IMG/VR virus record: IMGVR_UViG_3300034418_008897
Coordinates: 16,525-80,524 of that record
Reading direction: 5' to 3' (one strand)
Length of the DNA: 64,000 bases
Source of the DNA: a virus
This document shows, piece after piece, positions 1-11,132 of the stretch. The translations under genes were made by a program, and so were the position numbers. The notes beneath the pieces were generated by a model. That model did not search any database. It was given only the letters and a program-made list of their open reading frames with translations, and was not told the origin of the DNA. The number at the start of each line of letters is the position of its first letter. Within the stretch, counting starts at the first letter, position 1.

Positions 1-147
1 AGATTGAATTAAATTATCCATAGCCTGTTTTGTTTCTAAAACATTATCATAAACAAAACTTAAAACTTGATCATTATGTTTTACTTCATAAACAACCTTT
101 GTGCCTTTTGTATTTAATTCATTTTCTAATGCTATAAAATCTGCCAT
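1..147 (-). CDS. Hypothetical protein, runs off the left window edge (MADFIALENELNTKG...)
   Basis: ATG at 147, just after the stop of 151..798; frame stays open to position 1. Confidence 0.55.
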   Translation of the reverse strand, partial: MADFIALENELNTKGTKVVYEVKHNDQVLSFVYDNVLETKQAMDNLIQS

Positions 148-150
148 ATC

Positions 151-798
151 TTAATATTTTAATTGTAAATGAGGTCTTACACTACTTCTATTTACACTTG
201 TTGGTTTAACTGTATCTGAATATTGATACGCACCTTTGTTCGTACTTGCACTTGTGCTGTCCGTATCCCAAAACGGATAATTTGTTGAATCATAAGCACC
301 GTCATTATTAATCCACATAAATACTACGTTGTCTGTACCATTATAACAAAAGTTAGTAGAAAAAGTTAAGTCTTTCCAACCTGCTGCCGATGTCTGAAAC
401 CAACTTGAATCAAATACAGTCGTTTCATCTGAAACTGGTAAAAAAGCATTTACACCATTAAGAGTTAAACCACTTCCAAATGTACCACTTGTGTTAATAG
501 TTGAAGCTGGTAACTCTGTAGCAGTAGTATGATACATCTTAATAGTCTGATTTAATTGTGTTATACCTGAAGGTTCTGTATAAGCTTTTTCAAGTAACAA
601 TCCTGTAAACTGTTTAGCTGCACCTAATTCAGCAGCTGTCATTAACCAAATTCCTAATGAGTAATTGTAATATCCTGAGTATGGAACATAATGTAATACA
701 GTTCCTGCACCATTAATATATGTAGTGGTTGTACCTGTAACAGGAGCACAACGAGGTGATCTTGAACCCTGATTAAAAAATTGTCCTAAGTGTATCAT
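151..798 (-). CDS. Putative tail fibre tip / receptor-binding-associated protein
   Basis: 215 aa, T/S/G/Y-rich beta-type sequence, directly downstream of a long fibre gene. Confidence 0.5.
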   Translation of the reverse strand: MIHLGQFFNQGSRSPRCAPVTGTTTTYINGAGTVLHYVPYSGYYNYSLGIWLMTAAELGAAKQFTGLLLEKAYTEPSGITQLNQTIKMYHTTATELPASTINTSGTFGSGLTLNGVNAFLPVSDETTVFDSSWFQTSAAGWKDLTFSTNFCYNGTDNVVFMWINNDGAYDSTNYPFWDTDSTSASTNKGAYQYSDTVKPTSVNRSSVRPHLQLKY

Positions 799-801
799 AT
801 T

Positions 802-3800
802 TTATTGATAATCTTGTGCGTAATTTCCAAATAAATTAATACCATCATAATAAAATACAATAGTATCAATAGCAAATGGACTTGTAGTAATAGTAGGTGC
901 TGTACCTCCTGGCCATTTAACAGAACCTCCTGATACTATATAAGTTCCAATATCTACAAAGTTTGCTGATTTTTGAATAACCTTTAAGAAGTAAGTTCCA
1001 CCTGATTGCATATTAGTGAATGTTAAAATTATATTTGCTGTAGCATTAGTCAAATCTAACACCATACTGTTACCGTTATCACAATTAAAAGTAGCAAGGT
1101 TAGTTGTTACTCCTGTAGAGTGTTGAGGAGAATAGAATTGACCATCACTTCTAACATTACCACCAAACCTATTAAGCTCAGAACCTACTTGGTATACACC
1201 ATAAACATTAGTTGCTGTACCTTGAATACTAAAAGGCTCTATTCTAATACCTGAAACTGTACCTACAGTATCTCCTGAAGAGACTCTTAACATTCTAATA
1301 TGGAAACCATTTGCAAGACCATGATCGTATTGAGTAGCAAAGTCTAATGAATACCCATTTAATGAATCTGAAGTAACGTTTAAAAAACTACCTGTAACAG
1401 CGTGTATTGATGAAAATGCACCTTTAACTGTAGGTTGTGCAGTTAAACTTAATTGAGACTTTATAGGTGAATATAATCTTGTTGCCAAATCATTATCAGA
1501 AACAAAACCTGAAACTTGAAAAGTTTGTTTAGAACCACCTGTATGAACACCTATATTCTTAGATATAAGAACTCTATCTCCATCATCCTGCATTATTCCA
1601 TTTACTAAAGTATTAGTAGTTGAATCCCATTTAGGAATTACATTTGCAGTATAACTACCAACGAGTGCATAACCTGCTGTAGAGTGGTCTCCCCAACCGT
1701 ATGCTATATCCCATTGACCTACTTTAGGATCTGTAATAGTATTAACACCCATGTCAATATTAAACAAGTTAGCATCTAATGTACCACCTAATTGTGGGGT
1801 TGTATCATCTATTAAGTTAGACATACCACTAACTGCAGGTGTTTGCCAAGAAGCGTTACCGTTTGAATCAGAAGTAAGGACTTTTCCTGCTGCCTGTAAA
1901 CCATCAACTAATTTAAGAGAGTAAGCGTTTCCTGAACCACCGTTTGAAGCTTCAAAATATCCGCCAACATTATCAGATGAACTATCAATAGAAACTATTG
2001 AGTAAACACCATATTGCTTATTAGTTACACCTGTAAAAGTACCTGTAAGTGAAGATAAGTATCCAATATTAGAATCAGCTACACCATAACCGTTTCCAAT
2101 ATTTGTAACAACACCATTAATTGTTGTTGTAGAAGCAGTTGAAAGACCATACAATTGGAAAGCAGCACCTGTTACAATAGAAGTAGTTGAAGAACTACTT
2201 ATATGTAAACCTACTTGCTTAGATGTAGAAGCAAAAAGCACCGTACCTGGCGAAGGGGCTGTTCCATCTAAACCAATATTACCTAATCCATTATCTCTAA
2301 TAGAGCCACTCTCTAAAGTATTTGTAGTACTGTTCCAACGTGGAACGCGAGTGTCTGAGTAAGTACCTACCTTAGCGTAAGTTCCTAAATCTGTAACATC
2401 AGCCTCTGTAATATCTGCCCAATTAGCTTTACCATCTGACGTAACAGATTTTAAAAACTTACCTATTCCTTGCGTACCATCACTTAATCTAACTGAATAA
2501 GGATTAGTACCATTAGCTATAAATACACCACCAACGTTTTCAAGAGTAGACCCTGTAGCTACGGCAACTATACCGTTATTTGTACCTGAATTAATTCCTT
2601 GAGTAGATAATTGAAGAGCAGAAGCATTTGATCCCCCTGAATAAGAATTTATATTATACTGTGTGAACTGTAAAGGACTTGATATTCTTAAAGTGTTATT
2701 TGCATCAGGACTTACATTGATACCTAATGTTGTACCATTATCTCTAATTAATGAATCACCTAATGTACTTCCATCAGGAGTCCATCTAGCGACATAATTA
2801 TTAGTGCCTGAACCTTCTGTAAAAGTATTTGTTGTTAAATATGTATGTTGTGCATTTGTTAAATGAAAATATTCTCCACCAGTCCCACCTTGTATCCCTG
2901 AAAGATCATTATGAGCAGTTACATTTGTCGATTTAAATACTAAATCAAATGCAGAATCTACTGATACAGGAGAACTATTTCCTTGTTGACAAATTACTCT
3001 ACCAACAAGTATAGTATGTGATTCTACTAATTCAGGTATAGAAGGAGAAGCTTCTAATTCGGCCGCAGCTAAAGAGTTATGTTCTTGTCTACCTATAACT
3101 TCATATAAATGACTACCAGATTCTATACCTTTATAATACCAATTTGTTACATATTTACCAGAACCTAATGCAACTAGATTAGTTCCATTATCGTAATTAG
3201 TGTTATTAGCAATTCCTGATCCTGCCCCAGTTACAGTTCTATCCCATACTCCTGCTGTATGATAATTAGAAAAAAGAACATCATCCCAGCTATTAATTGC
3301 TGGTGTAATTTCTCTATTAGCGCCATTCCAAATATCTCCAGCAGCAATATTTACTTGAAGTGGGTCATTACCACCTGTAGTTATTCCTAAGCCACTAGCC
3401 CTTTCAAATTTATTAGTTTCATATATTCTATGTAATAATTTATTACTTAAACCAGAACCTTCAAATCCCCAGTCTAAAATATGTAAAAAATTACCTGCTC
3501 TATATAATGTTATATATTTTGCTCTATCTGATCTATTATAATCAGGCTCTGATGTTGTAATAACCCATTGTGGAGACCCTAAATTATAATCTAAATATAT
3601 ATAATTTGTTGATTCATCAGTAAGAGCAGTTAATTCAGTGCCTGTTGTACCACCTGCAACTGTATAATTATTAGCAACTCCTGTCCAATTTTGATCGTTA
3701 TAAAGAGTAACATCTACCGTAGGTATAGTAAGAGTACCATCTAAATTATCTGTCCATGTAGAACCAGTATGCAAAATACCATTCGACCCTAAACCATTAA

Positions 3801-3960
3801 GTTGTATTCCTAATGCTACCCAATTAGACCCATCATAATAATAATTTATACCTGTGCTGTTATCAATTGCTTGATCACCAATTGTTGCACTATGTACAGG
3901 TACAGAATCGCACATGTAAACTGTAATTCCTTGTTCTAATTTTGAATATACTATTGCCAT
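802..3960 (-). CDS. Long tail fibre protein
   Basis: 1052 aa, G/S/T-rich; repeats (R/K)W...(I/M)xD(N/D)G x3 and DG.Q..GK.L...DG/NG.A.W x2; DTTPQLGGTLD motif; C-terminal VKWPGGTAPTIT...D motif typical of fibre ends. Confidence 0.75.
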   Translation of the reverse strand: MAIVYSKLEQGITVYMCDSVPVHSATIGDQAIDNSTGINYYYDGSNWVALGIQLNGLGSNGILHTGSTWTDNLDGTLTIPTVDVTLYNDQNWTGVANNYTVAGGTTGTELTALTDESTNYIYLDYNLGSPQWVITTSEPDYNRSDRAKYITLYRAGNFLHILDWGFEGSGLSNKLLHRIYETNKFERASGLGITTGGNDPLQVNIAAGDIWNGANREITPAINSWDDVLFSNYHTAGVWDRTVTGAGSGIANNTNYDNGTNLVALGSGKYVTNWYYKGIESGSHLYEVIGRQEHNSLAAAELEASPSIPELVESHTILVGRVICQQGNSSPVSVDSAFDLVFKSTNVTAHNDLSGIQGGTGGEYFHLTNAQHTYLTTNTFTEGSGTNNYVARWTPDGSTLGDSLIRDNGTTLGINVSPDANNTLRISSPLQFTQYNINSYSGGSNASALQLSTQGINSGTNNGIVAVATGSTLENVGGVFIANGTNPYSVRLSDGTQGIGKFLKSVTSDGKANWADITEADVTDLGTYAKVGTYSDTRVPRWNSTTNTLESGSIRDNGLGNIGLDGTAPSPGTVLFASTSKQVGLHISSSSTTSIVTGAAFQLYGLSTASTTTINGVVTNIGNGYGVADSNIGYLSSLTGTFTGVTNKQYGVYSIVSIDSSSDNVGGYFEASNGGSGNAYSLKLVDGLQAAGKVLTSDSNGNASWQTPAVSGMSNLIDDTTPQLGGTLDANLFNIDMGVNTITDPKVGQWDIAYGWGDHSTAGYALVGSYTANVIPKWDSTTNTLVNGIMQDDGDRVLISKNIGVHTGGSKQTFQVSGFVSDNDLATRLYSPIKSQLSLTAQPTVKGAFSSIHAVTGSFLNVTSDSLNGYSLDFATQYDHGLANGFHIRMLRVSSGDTVGTVSGIRIEPFSIQGTATNVYGVYQVGSELNRFGGNVRSDGQFYSPQHSTGVTTNLATFNCDNGNSMVLDLTNATANIILTFTNMQSGGTYFLKVIQKSANFVDIGTYIVSGGSVKWPGGTAPTITTSPFAIDTIVFYYDGINLFGNYAQDYQ

Positions 3961-3962
3961 AA

Positions 3963-4283
3963 TTAACTATTTAATAATTGTGTACACAATAAACTAACAG
4001 CATCTACAATTGGTTTATCATCACCTAAATCACTCACTTCTAATCTTACTACATCACCTTCATTCGGTTCTAAATCCCATGTATTACTTTCTGCTGTATG
4101 AACAATATATTTAATATCCGCAACTTTAGTTAATGCAAAAGTCTTAAGATTATCTAATACTGTTTTTTGTTCTGTTGTTAATTCAGAGTAGAATCGTGGA
4201 GTAGGGGTTAATTCTTCATTATCAGCAATAATCATTAACACTCCATCACTATCTCTATATACTATTTGTTTTACTGTTTCCAT
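3963..4283 (-). CDS. Small fibre-associated protein (putative assembly chaperone)
   Basis: 106 aa between fibre genes; shares TxEQKTVLDN with 6328..6609. Confidence 0.5.
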   Translation of the reverse strand: METVKQIVYRDSDGVLMIIADNEELTPTPRFYSELTTEQKTVLDNLKTFALTKVADIKYIVHTAESNTWDLEPNEGDVVRLEVSDLGDDKPIVDAVSLLCTQLLNS

Positions 4284-4309
4284 GTGTTAAATATATTAAC
4301 TTTTATTTA

Positions 4310-6325
4310 TTAAAAATCGTAACTTGTATCTTCATAAGTTGTACCTCCAACTAAAATGTTTGGTGCGTATGCTGTTCCGTAGGTTGTATCTGAAAAAGTA
4401 TCTGCTAATCTAAACCCTGCTGCACCGTTTGTAACTACTCCAAAATTCATAACATCTTGTGCTGTCCCAGTATTAGATGTTATTTGTAATGGTGCTAACC
4501 CATTTGCCACTTTTAAATATGGTTGTCCTTTTAATATGACTGTTGAAGTATCTGATTGCTTCCATATTAAACCTGATTTTGAACCTGCTTGTGAGCATAT
4601 AATCTTACCACCGTCTACAAACAGTTTACCACCAGCACTTACTTTTATTGCAGGTGTAGTTGTACTATTTTCAGTTCCAATTTTTCTAAAAAGTTCTATT
4701 GTACCACCATTAAGATTTACAGTTCCTGTTAAAACAGAAGTGTACCATTGACTATATGACCAACCTAAATAACAATTACTTGGGATATTTAATGTACCTG
4801 CTAAATTACCTATAAACTTACAGAAAAATCTACCTGTAACAGTCATTTCACAACCTGCACCTATAGTAACTCCTGTACAATTCTCCCCGCTAAAAGAGTC
4901 ATAATTTCCAGAATTTTCAATATATAACTTACATGTACCACTTAATGATATACCTGATATACCATTTGCTATAGTGTTACTTCTCCCAGGTGTTATTATA
5001 CCGATTGATGAACTTGCACCAATATAAGTACCTTGAAATGCAAGAACATTTACTAAACTATTATTGGTTATTGTACCTATTGTTGTACCGCTAAATACAG
5101 CAAACCCAGTTGAACCTGAACCTGAGCCACCACTAACATTGATATTTGTATATCTTATATTACCGCTAAATACTGAATCAGAGTAGCCATTGCCAGACTG
5201 TGCTTCTAGCGTAGTTCCGGACATATCACCTGTAAAATTCAATCCTGCAGTATAGTTGAATATATTAATACTTCCTATTACTTTATCATTAACTGTTGCA
5301 CCTGTTGATGTAGATTTAAAATCAAAAGCATTAACTGATGAAGGAGTTTGTGTTATACCCCAAGAATATAAATATCCCCTATTAATAGATATTCCACCAA
5401 GTAAGCCATATTTATTACCCTTCCAGTATATATTTCCATTAGTGTCAAACCATGCGATAGAACCTAGATTTGCTATAAAATTAGGACAGTCTATGTTAAT
5501 TGTATTAAAACTTTGTACACCGAAAAAGTATAATTGGTTACCTGTACCAATAGAGTAATAATCATGTAATGTAATTGATATGTCTGCTGTTCCTGATACT
5601 GAATTACTGTAATACAACACAGAAGAACTACTTGTCCCTTTTAAATATCCACCATTAACTTTAAAATTAACATTTGATACGGATAATCTTTCAAACAATC
5701 TACCTGAAAATGCTATAGTAGAACTACCAAAATCATAACTAATTGCTTCTTTATACCAATTTCCAGTAGCAACAAAACTACCGTTTAAAACTAACGTATA
5801 AGCCTTGTACCAAGTTAATGTTGTTCCTACAACAGTTGATGTAGTTGCTTTAGAAATTGTTATAGTGTTTAAATCGCCCCCCTCATTTCCCTTAGAAACA
5901 ATTGTTGTACCATAAGCAACACCACTACCAACAATATACATACCTACTTCTAATGTAGCATTATCAGCATCTGAAATACCACTAATAGTAGTATTAGTGT
6001 TAGTATTACCAGTAATAGTTGCTGTATTGTTAATTTGTGTTAAAGCGTATTCAGGTGTTAAGAAAGGTTTTGACAGATCACCGCTAGTAGCCTCATCAAC
6101 TCCACTTACTGAATCTACATATAAAATTTGAGCTTGTGAAGTAGATGTTTCAGGTGCATAAGCTCCTATTACAACTCCATTAGTATCTTTATAATTTACT
6201 ATTTCTGTTGCTATATCATAAAAATAAGTGTCATTAGGAACACTAGCCCAGTCTGCTGAATCAGCTGTAGTATGAGTGTATTTAACACCCGCTACCATTT
6301 TTGTTGTTATTGCAGTTACTGCCAT
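4310..6325 (-). CDS. Tail spike, putative beta-helix
   Basis: 671 aa; ILYVDSVSG.D..SG...KPFLT..YAL cap motif followed by G/S/T/N-rich beta repeats. Confidence 0.6.
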   Translation of the reverse strand: MAVTAITTKMVAGVKYTHTTADSADWASVPNDTYFYDIATEIVNYKDTNGVVIGAYAPETSTSQAQILYVDSVSGVDEATSGDLSKPFLTPEYALTQINNTATITGNTNTNTTISGISDADNATLEVGMYIVGSGVAYGTTIVSKGNEGGDLNTITISKATTSTVVGTTLTWYKAYTLVLNGSFVATGNWYKEAISYDFGSSTIAFSGRLFERLSVSNVNFKVNGGYLKGTSSSSVLYYSNSVSGTADISITLHDYYSIGTGNQLYFFGVQSFNTINIDCPNFIANLGSIAWFDTNGNIYWKGNKYGLLGGISINRGYLYSWGITQTPSSVNAFDFKSTSTGATVNDKVIGSINIFNYTAGLNFTGDMSGTTLEAQSGNGYSDSVFSGNIRYTNINVSGGSGSGSTGFAVFSGTTIGTITNNSLVNVLAFQGTYIGASSSIGIITPGRSNTIANGISGISLSGTCKLYIENSGNYDSFSGENCTGVTIGAGCEMTVTGRFFCKFIGNLAGTLNIPSNCYLGWSYSQWYTSVLTGTVNLNGGTIELFRKIGTENSTTTPAIKVSAGGKLFVDGGKIICSQAGSKSGLIWKQSDTSTVILKGQPYLKVANGLAPLQITSNTGTAQDVMNFGVVTNGAAGFRLADTFSDTTYGTAYAPNILVGGTTYEDTSYDF

Positions 6326-6327
6326 TT

Positions 6328-6609
6328 TTAAATATTATTAGATGTTATAAAATTATCTAAAACTGTTTTTTGTTCCGCAGTCATAGAATCGTAATCTAAT
6401 TCTACAACACTTTCAGGAATACCCATTTTTATATTATAGAATTTTATTATTCTTTTAATCGGTTGATTAACATTAATTGTTAATAAATCTTGCGTGTCCA
6501 TAAAAGTAGATTCAAATGTAGTGTCATTAAAAGTTGTGCCTGCTTGTTGTTGCATATCAGCATCGTATCTATATACAACATTTTCTATTATGTCAAATTT
6601 TTCTGTCAT
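6328..6609 (-). CDS. Small fibre-associated protein (putative assembly chaperone)
   Basis: 93 aa; shares TxEQKTVLDN with 3963..4283. Confidence 0.5.
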   Translation of the reverse strand: MTEKFDIIENVVYRYDADMQQQAGTTFNDTTFESTFMDTQDLLTINVNQPIKRIIKFYNIKMGIPESVVELDYDSMTAEQKTVLDNFITSNNI

Positions 6610-7880
6610 TATATTAAAATATTACCTTGTGAATCACTTGTGTTTGTAATTGTCTGTGTTACATTTGCTGTATTAACAGGTGTAGTTGAACCAATAAATG
6701 TGTTATTAGCGATTGCAGAAGTTGTTCCACCTGATGCTGTTAAACAGTATGCACTAGCATCAGAAACTTGTAGTACATTATTCTGAATATAGCAAAATGT
6801 TGCACCAACTGTACCACCAATTGCATGACCACCAGCATTTGCCCAACCAGATTTAATTGTACAATTTTGTATAGTTCCTAATCTGCCAGTTAATGCAACA
6901 TTTGAAGTTGATTCTATAACTGAATTTCTTAATATACAAGAACCTGCAAAAAATGTATAATAACCAACACCTGATGAAGACTTTACATGGCAATTATCTA
7001 ATTGACTAGACGAAGCACCATAATTACTTGTTGAAATGCCTATAGAATTTTTAAAAGCTCCACCACCTAGACCAGCACCACTTGTAGATATACCGACAGA
7101 ATTATACCCAAAATTACTAACAATACCACTTCCACTTGTTGAACGCCCTATACAATTAGATACAACACCATTACAAGTTATAGCTGTCACAGATATAGAT
7201 ATACCAGTACAATCATAACAATTACCAGTAGGGTTAGTTATACCTGAACCTGTACCATAACTTTCAGCAAAACAATTATACATTGTAGAACTAACTGTTC
7301 CTGTTAATGCATTACCATATGCTCTAACATTTAATCCTTTAATTGTACATCTAACAACAACACCTGTACCATAGTCATTATCACAATACACACTACTAAA
7401 TTCAACAACAGATATATCAAAATTTGAATAAAAACAATAACCTGTTTCGCCTATTGCTCTCCCTGTTCTTAGAACATTAAGATTTTTAACTTTACATCTT
7501 GTTGAATTAGGTACAGTAAAAGCATTAGTTGCATCATCAACACTTAAAGTGTATGTATGACCATTACCATTTATTGTAACTTCATTTTTTAATGTTATTG
7601 TAACACTACCAGTTTCCTCAACATCAGCAAACATTTCAATAGTATCGCCGCTAACTGCCGCAGCCATTGCAAGAGTTAATGTTGCATAATAAGTGTATTT
7701 ACCATTTCCGTCAGATATACCAAAAACACCTGTAGGTATTAAAGTAGAAACTAAACCACTGTTAACACCACCATTAGCATCTACTCCTAATAGTTTTACT
7801 ATAGGATCTGCAGAGTAATCTTGCTCTATTAAAGCAGTGTTTACTTTTAATAACCCTTTTATATATTTAACTAAAGACAT
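6609..7880 (-). CDS. Tail spike with parallel beta-helix (pectin-lyase-like) repeats
   Basis: YATLTLAMAAAVSGDTI cap; repeated (N/D)C/S.G.STSG.G units. Confidence 0.65.
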   Translation of the reverse strand: MSLVKYIKGLLKVNTALIEQDYSADPIVKLLGVDANGGVNSGLVSTLIPTGVFGISDGNGKYTYYATLTLAMAAAVSGDTIEMFADVEETGSVTITLKNEVTINGNGHTYTLSVDDATNAFTVPNSTRCKVKNLNVLRTGRAIGETGYCFYSNFDISVVEFSSVYCDNDYGTGVVVRCTIKGLNVRAYGNALTGTVSSTMYNCFAESYGTGSGITNPTGNCYDCTGISISVTAITCNGVVSNCIGRSTSGSGIVSNFGYNSVGISTSGAGLGGGAFKNSIGISTSNYGASSSQLDNCHVKSSSGVGYYTFFAGSCILRNSVIESTSNVALTGRLGTIQNCTIKSGWANAGGHAIGGTVGATFCYIQNNVLQVSDASAYCLTASGGTTSAIANNTFIGSTTPVNTANVTQTITNTSDSQGNILI

Positions 7881-7882
7881 AA

Positions 7883-8140
7883 TTATAATTCTTTAAAATA
7901 TTTTAGTATATTATCTTCTATATATAAATCACCTGGTAAAAATTTAGGCTTAATATCTAAAGTAATCTCTGAAGGAAAAATTATTTCTTTCTCACCTTCT
8001 AAAACTATCTCTTCCCCTAAATAGTTATATATAGTTTCACCAACAATAAAAGCTATTTGTAGTTCTTTATTTGCTAAATAATCTAATCCTTCCTCTAAAG
8101 AATTGAATTTTAATAATATTATGAATTCTTTTTCTAACAT
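7883..8140 (-). CDS. Small acidic fibre-associated protein
   Basis: 85 aa, tightly packed between two spike genes. Confidence 0.5.
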   Translation of the reverse strand: MLEKEFIILLKFNSLEEGLDYLANKELQIAFIVGETIYNYLGEEIVLEGEKEIIFPSEITLDIKPKFLPGDLYIEDNILKYFKEL

Positions 8141-8141
8141 A

Positions 8142-10445
8142 TTAGTAAATTAAATCTGTTAATATTGTTATTTCTCCTAATAAATTTGTTATCGTATAAT
8201 TTGTATTTACTAAAGTATTAGATGATATAACTGAATTAGTACCTGCATATTCTATGCCGTCCCCTGTATTTGAATAAATACTAGAGTTTAAAATCTGTAA
8301 ATCTCCGTTGTTAGTTGAGTTTGTTAAAGTATTATTTGTACCTAAATTTACTATATTACTGTTTAATATTGCAACATTTAAATATTTACCATCAGCTCCA
8401 ACATTTACATCACTATTTAATTTTAAAACAGTATTTATAAAGCTTAAGCTAGATAAAGTTGTAGAAGTGTTGTTATACAATTCTGCTCCTGTCACTGTAG
8501 ATTCTATATTAGAATTAGTGAACAAAGTAATAGATCCGTTTTTAGTGTCGGTTAAAGAAGCAAACTTACCTTCTATATTACCTTTAAAAATAACTTTATT
8601 ATTTGCACCGAAATTTATAAATAAAGTATTTGTAGTATCAGTAGTACCTTCTACTTTAATATTACCTTCTATATTTATACTATTATTAGAACAGTAACCA
8701 GATCCAAAAGCACCATTTGCGCAATGTACAATAGTTTTGCCACTTCCTGTGTTAGTTTTTAAAATTATATTTCCTTTGTAATTTATTACACTATTAGGGC
8801 CTATCATTTCAAAAAGAGAACCACCAAAACTATTTTCATAAGCTTCTTCTAAATCTCCGTAGATATTTAAAACAAAATCTGATAAAGAAGATGGATCGAA
8901 TACTTCAGTTATTACGCCATTACCATAAGTAGCTGTATTTCTATCAAAAAGTATTTTATCTATTTTTATATTTATGTTTTTATGTTTAACCTCTCTAAGC
9001 CTTATTAAGTTTTTAGTTAAGTTAGAACAATATTTACCTGTAAAATTAATAATAGAAGAATCAGAAAAAGTTGATCTTATATAAAAAGGGTAACCAAATC
9101 CTACTATACTAACATAATTATAATATCTTCTTTCCGTATTTATATTTATAAATACTTCAGCGTCAGTACCAGCACCCATAATAAAATACATAGAACCAGC
9201 TCCACCGTTACCGCCAGAATAACTAAAATATTCTTCTTGACAATTTATATTTAAATTGATAGAAGTAGCAGCAGTATTACTTTTTACTATAGTAATAATA
9301 TCATTATGGTCACTATATAAAGTTTTTAATTCTACATTAAAAGTATAACCACCGTCAGTAGCTGCGTCGCTAAGTAAAAAATAACCTTTACCGTTGCTAC
9401 TATCAGGACCGTTACCATAGTTATAAAATTCTAAATAACCTTCTACAGTACAAGTTTCCCCTGAAACAACTCTACAATCAAATAAAGATAAATTTTCCCC
9501 AGCAGAATTTTCGTTATGAATTTCTATTTTACAATTAGGTTCAAAGTAATAAGTAACTCCATCTTTCCATAAATCTATCTCTGCTTGTCTTCCATTCCAT
9601 TGATTAGAAGTAGAGTTTCTATTATCGTAAACAATAGTCTGAGAGAAAACATAAATTAAATCTCCTGAAGTAGCTGCAGTTTTAGCTGCGTATAAAGTAG
9701 CATAAGGGTAATTAATATTTCCTTTTTGTGCTAAAGAATTGTCCCCATTTTCAGAAACGTATAATATATTTCCTAAGTTTAAATATTTAAGATCTTTAAA
9801 TACTATATTATCAGTATTAACTACAGGTAACTCTGTTATTTGTTCATAAATTCTACCTGTACTTTCTACTTTCCATAATCTGAAATAAAACTCACTTGTT
9901 TTATTCGAGATTCTTGTTAATATCCAACCTTCAGTAGCTCCATCACCAATTCTAGTTAATTCATAATCCCCATTATAAAATTGAGAGGTTTGATCTTTTA
10001 CCAATACTTTCATACCTAAAAAAGGCGTTACACCTTGTAAAGTAGGGAAAATATCTGTTCCTAATGCATTAAGAGAGTTATTAGAAATATTAAAAGGGCC
10101 GATTAATTCCCCCACAGTCTCTACATCTACATAAGCTAAAGAAGGACTATAATTTGCTTCTACAAAATTAAAAGATCTATTTGAATAGTCTATACCGTTA
10201 GCTTGTATATTAACTGGGTACGTAATACTAGCAGGTAAAACGCCTGTAGAAGATTCTTTCCAAATGTATTCTTGTTCTTCTTCTACTACATAAACTTTCA
10301 TACCTTCATAATATCTAAAAGCCTCAAAATTTGAGGCCCCTAAATCAATTAATTCAGCTAAAGTATTAAATACTAGTCTATCATCAATAGGAGTTTGACT
10401 ACCAACCCTCCAACCAGTAGATATAATTTTTTTGTTATCGTCCAT
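8142..10445 (-). CDS. Tail fibre/spike protein
   Basis: 767 aa; N-terminal PIDDR module shared with 11133..12680; VLVKDQT...NGDY motif; ILYVSENGD...PYATLYAA..AATSGD cap; N/I/S-rich beta region. Confidence 0.65.
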   Translation of the reverse strand: MDDNKKIISTGWRVGSQTPIDDRLVFNTLAELIDLGASNFEAFRYYEGMKVYVVEEEQEYIWKESSTGVLPASITYPVNIQANGIDYSNRSFNFVEANYSPSLAYVDVETVGELIGPFNISNNSLNALGTDIFPTLQGVTPFLGMKVLVKDQTSQFYNGDYELTRIGDGATEGWILTRISNKTSEFYFRLWKVESTGRIYEQITELPVVNTDNIVFKDLKYLNLGNILYVSENGDNSLAQKGNINYPYATLYAAKTAATSGDLIYVFSQTIVYDNRNSTSNQWNGRQAEIDLWKDGVTYYFEPNCKIEIHNENSAGENLSLFDCRVVSGETCTVEGYLEFYNYGNGPDSSNGKGYFLLSDAATDGGYTFNVELKTLYSDHNDIITIVKSNTAATSINLNINCQEEYFSYSGGNGGAGSMYFIMGAGTDAEVFININTERRYYNYVSIVGFGYPFYIRSTFSDSSIINFTGKYCSNLTKNLIRLREVKHKNINIKIDKILFDRNTATYGNGVITEVFDPSSLSDFVLNIYGDLEEAYENSFGGSLFEMIGPNSVINYKGNIILKTNTGSGKTIVHCANGAFGSGYCSNNSINIEGNIKVEGTTDTTNTLFINFGANNKVIFKGNIEGKFASLTDTKNGSITLFTNSNIESTVTGAELYNNTSTTLSSLSFINTVLKLNSDVNVGADGKYLNVAILNSNIVNLGTNNTLTNSTNNGDLQILNSSIYSNTGDGIEYAGTNSVISSNTLVNTNYTITNLLGEITILTDLIY

Positions 10446-11131
10446 TAGTAAACTAATTTATAGCGGTAAACAGCTGGTGTTAATGCTAGTTTTGAAACAT
10501 ATATTTTTCTGCTATTAGAAGCATCTACTATTGTATTAAATTCGCTTAATACACTAGAATCAGTATTATCTGAAATATCTAATAAAGTACCGAAAGAATC
10601 AGGTACTACAATAACAATTCTACCTGTATTAACTGCTGTAATAGTAAACAAATTAATAGACTGTAACTGAGATAAATCCGTCAAAGTACCTTCTATAGCT
10701 GGTGTTAAATCTCCAGGAATAGTGATATCATCACCAGGTAGAGCTAATTGACCAACTAAAGTTTTAGCCAATACAGTTACATTTACTGTAGCATTAGTAG
10801 TAAAGTTAGAACCATTAGCATCTTGATAATCTATAATTAATGTATAAGTATAAACACCAACTGTAGTAGGCTCTGCAAGTAAAACATGGCTAATAGTATT
10901 ACCAAATCCTGAAATTAAAGAAACATTAGAAGAATCTCTTAAATCCCAAGTAATGCTTACTCCATCATTAGGAGTAATAACACCATCTATAGTAACAGAA
11001 ATAGGAGTATCTGATTCATAATAATAGTCAGGTGTAGCTGTCAATATAGCAGTAGGTGCAGCAAAGCCACTCACGCTATTACTAGAAAAGCTATTATCTA
11101 AAATATTTTTTAATTGTCTTGCGCTAATCAT
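10445..11131 (-). CDS. Putative tail/structural protein (Ig-like)
   Basis: 228 aa, T/V-rich; C-terminal GRIVIVVP motif shared with 12722..13420. Confidence 0.5.
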   Translation of the reverse strand: MISARQLKNILDNSFSSNSVSGFAAPTAILTATPDYYYESDTPISVTIDGVITPNDGVSITWDLRDSSNVSLISGFGNTISHVLLAEPTTVGVYTYTLIIDYQDANGSNFTTNATVNVTVLAKTLVGQLALPGDDITIPGDLTPAIEGTLTDLSQLQSINLFTITAVNTGRIVIVVPDSFGTLLDISDNTDSSVLSEFNTIVDASNSRKIYVSKLALTPAVYRYKLVY

Positions 11132-11132
11132 T

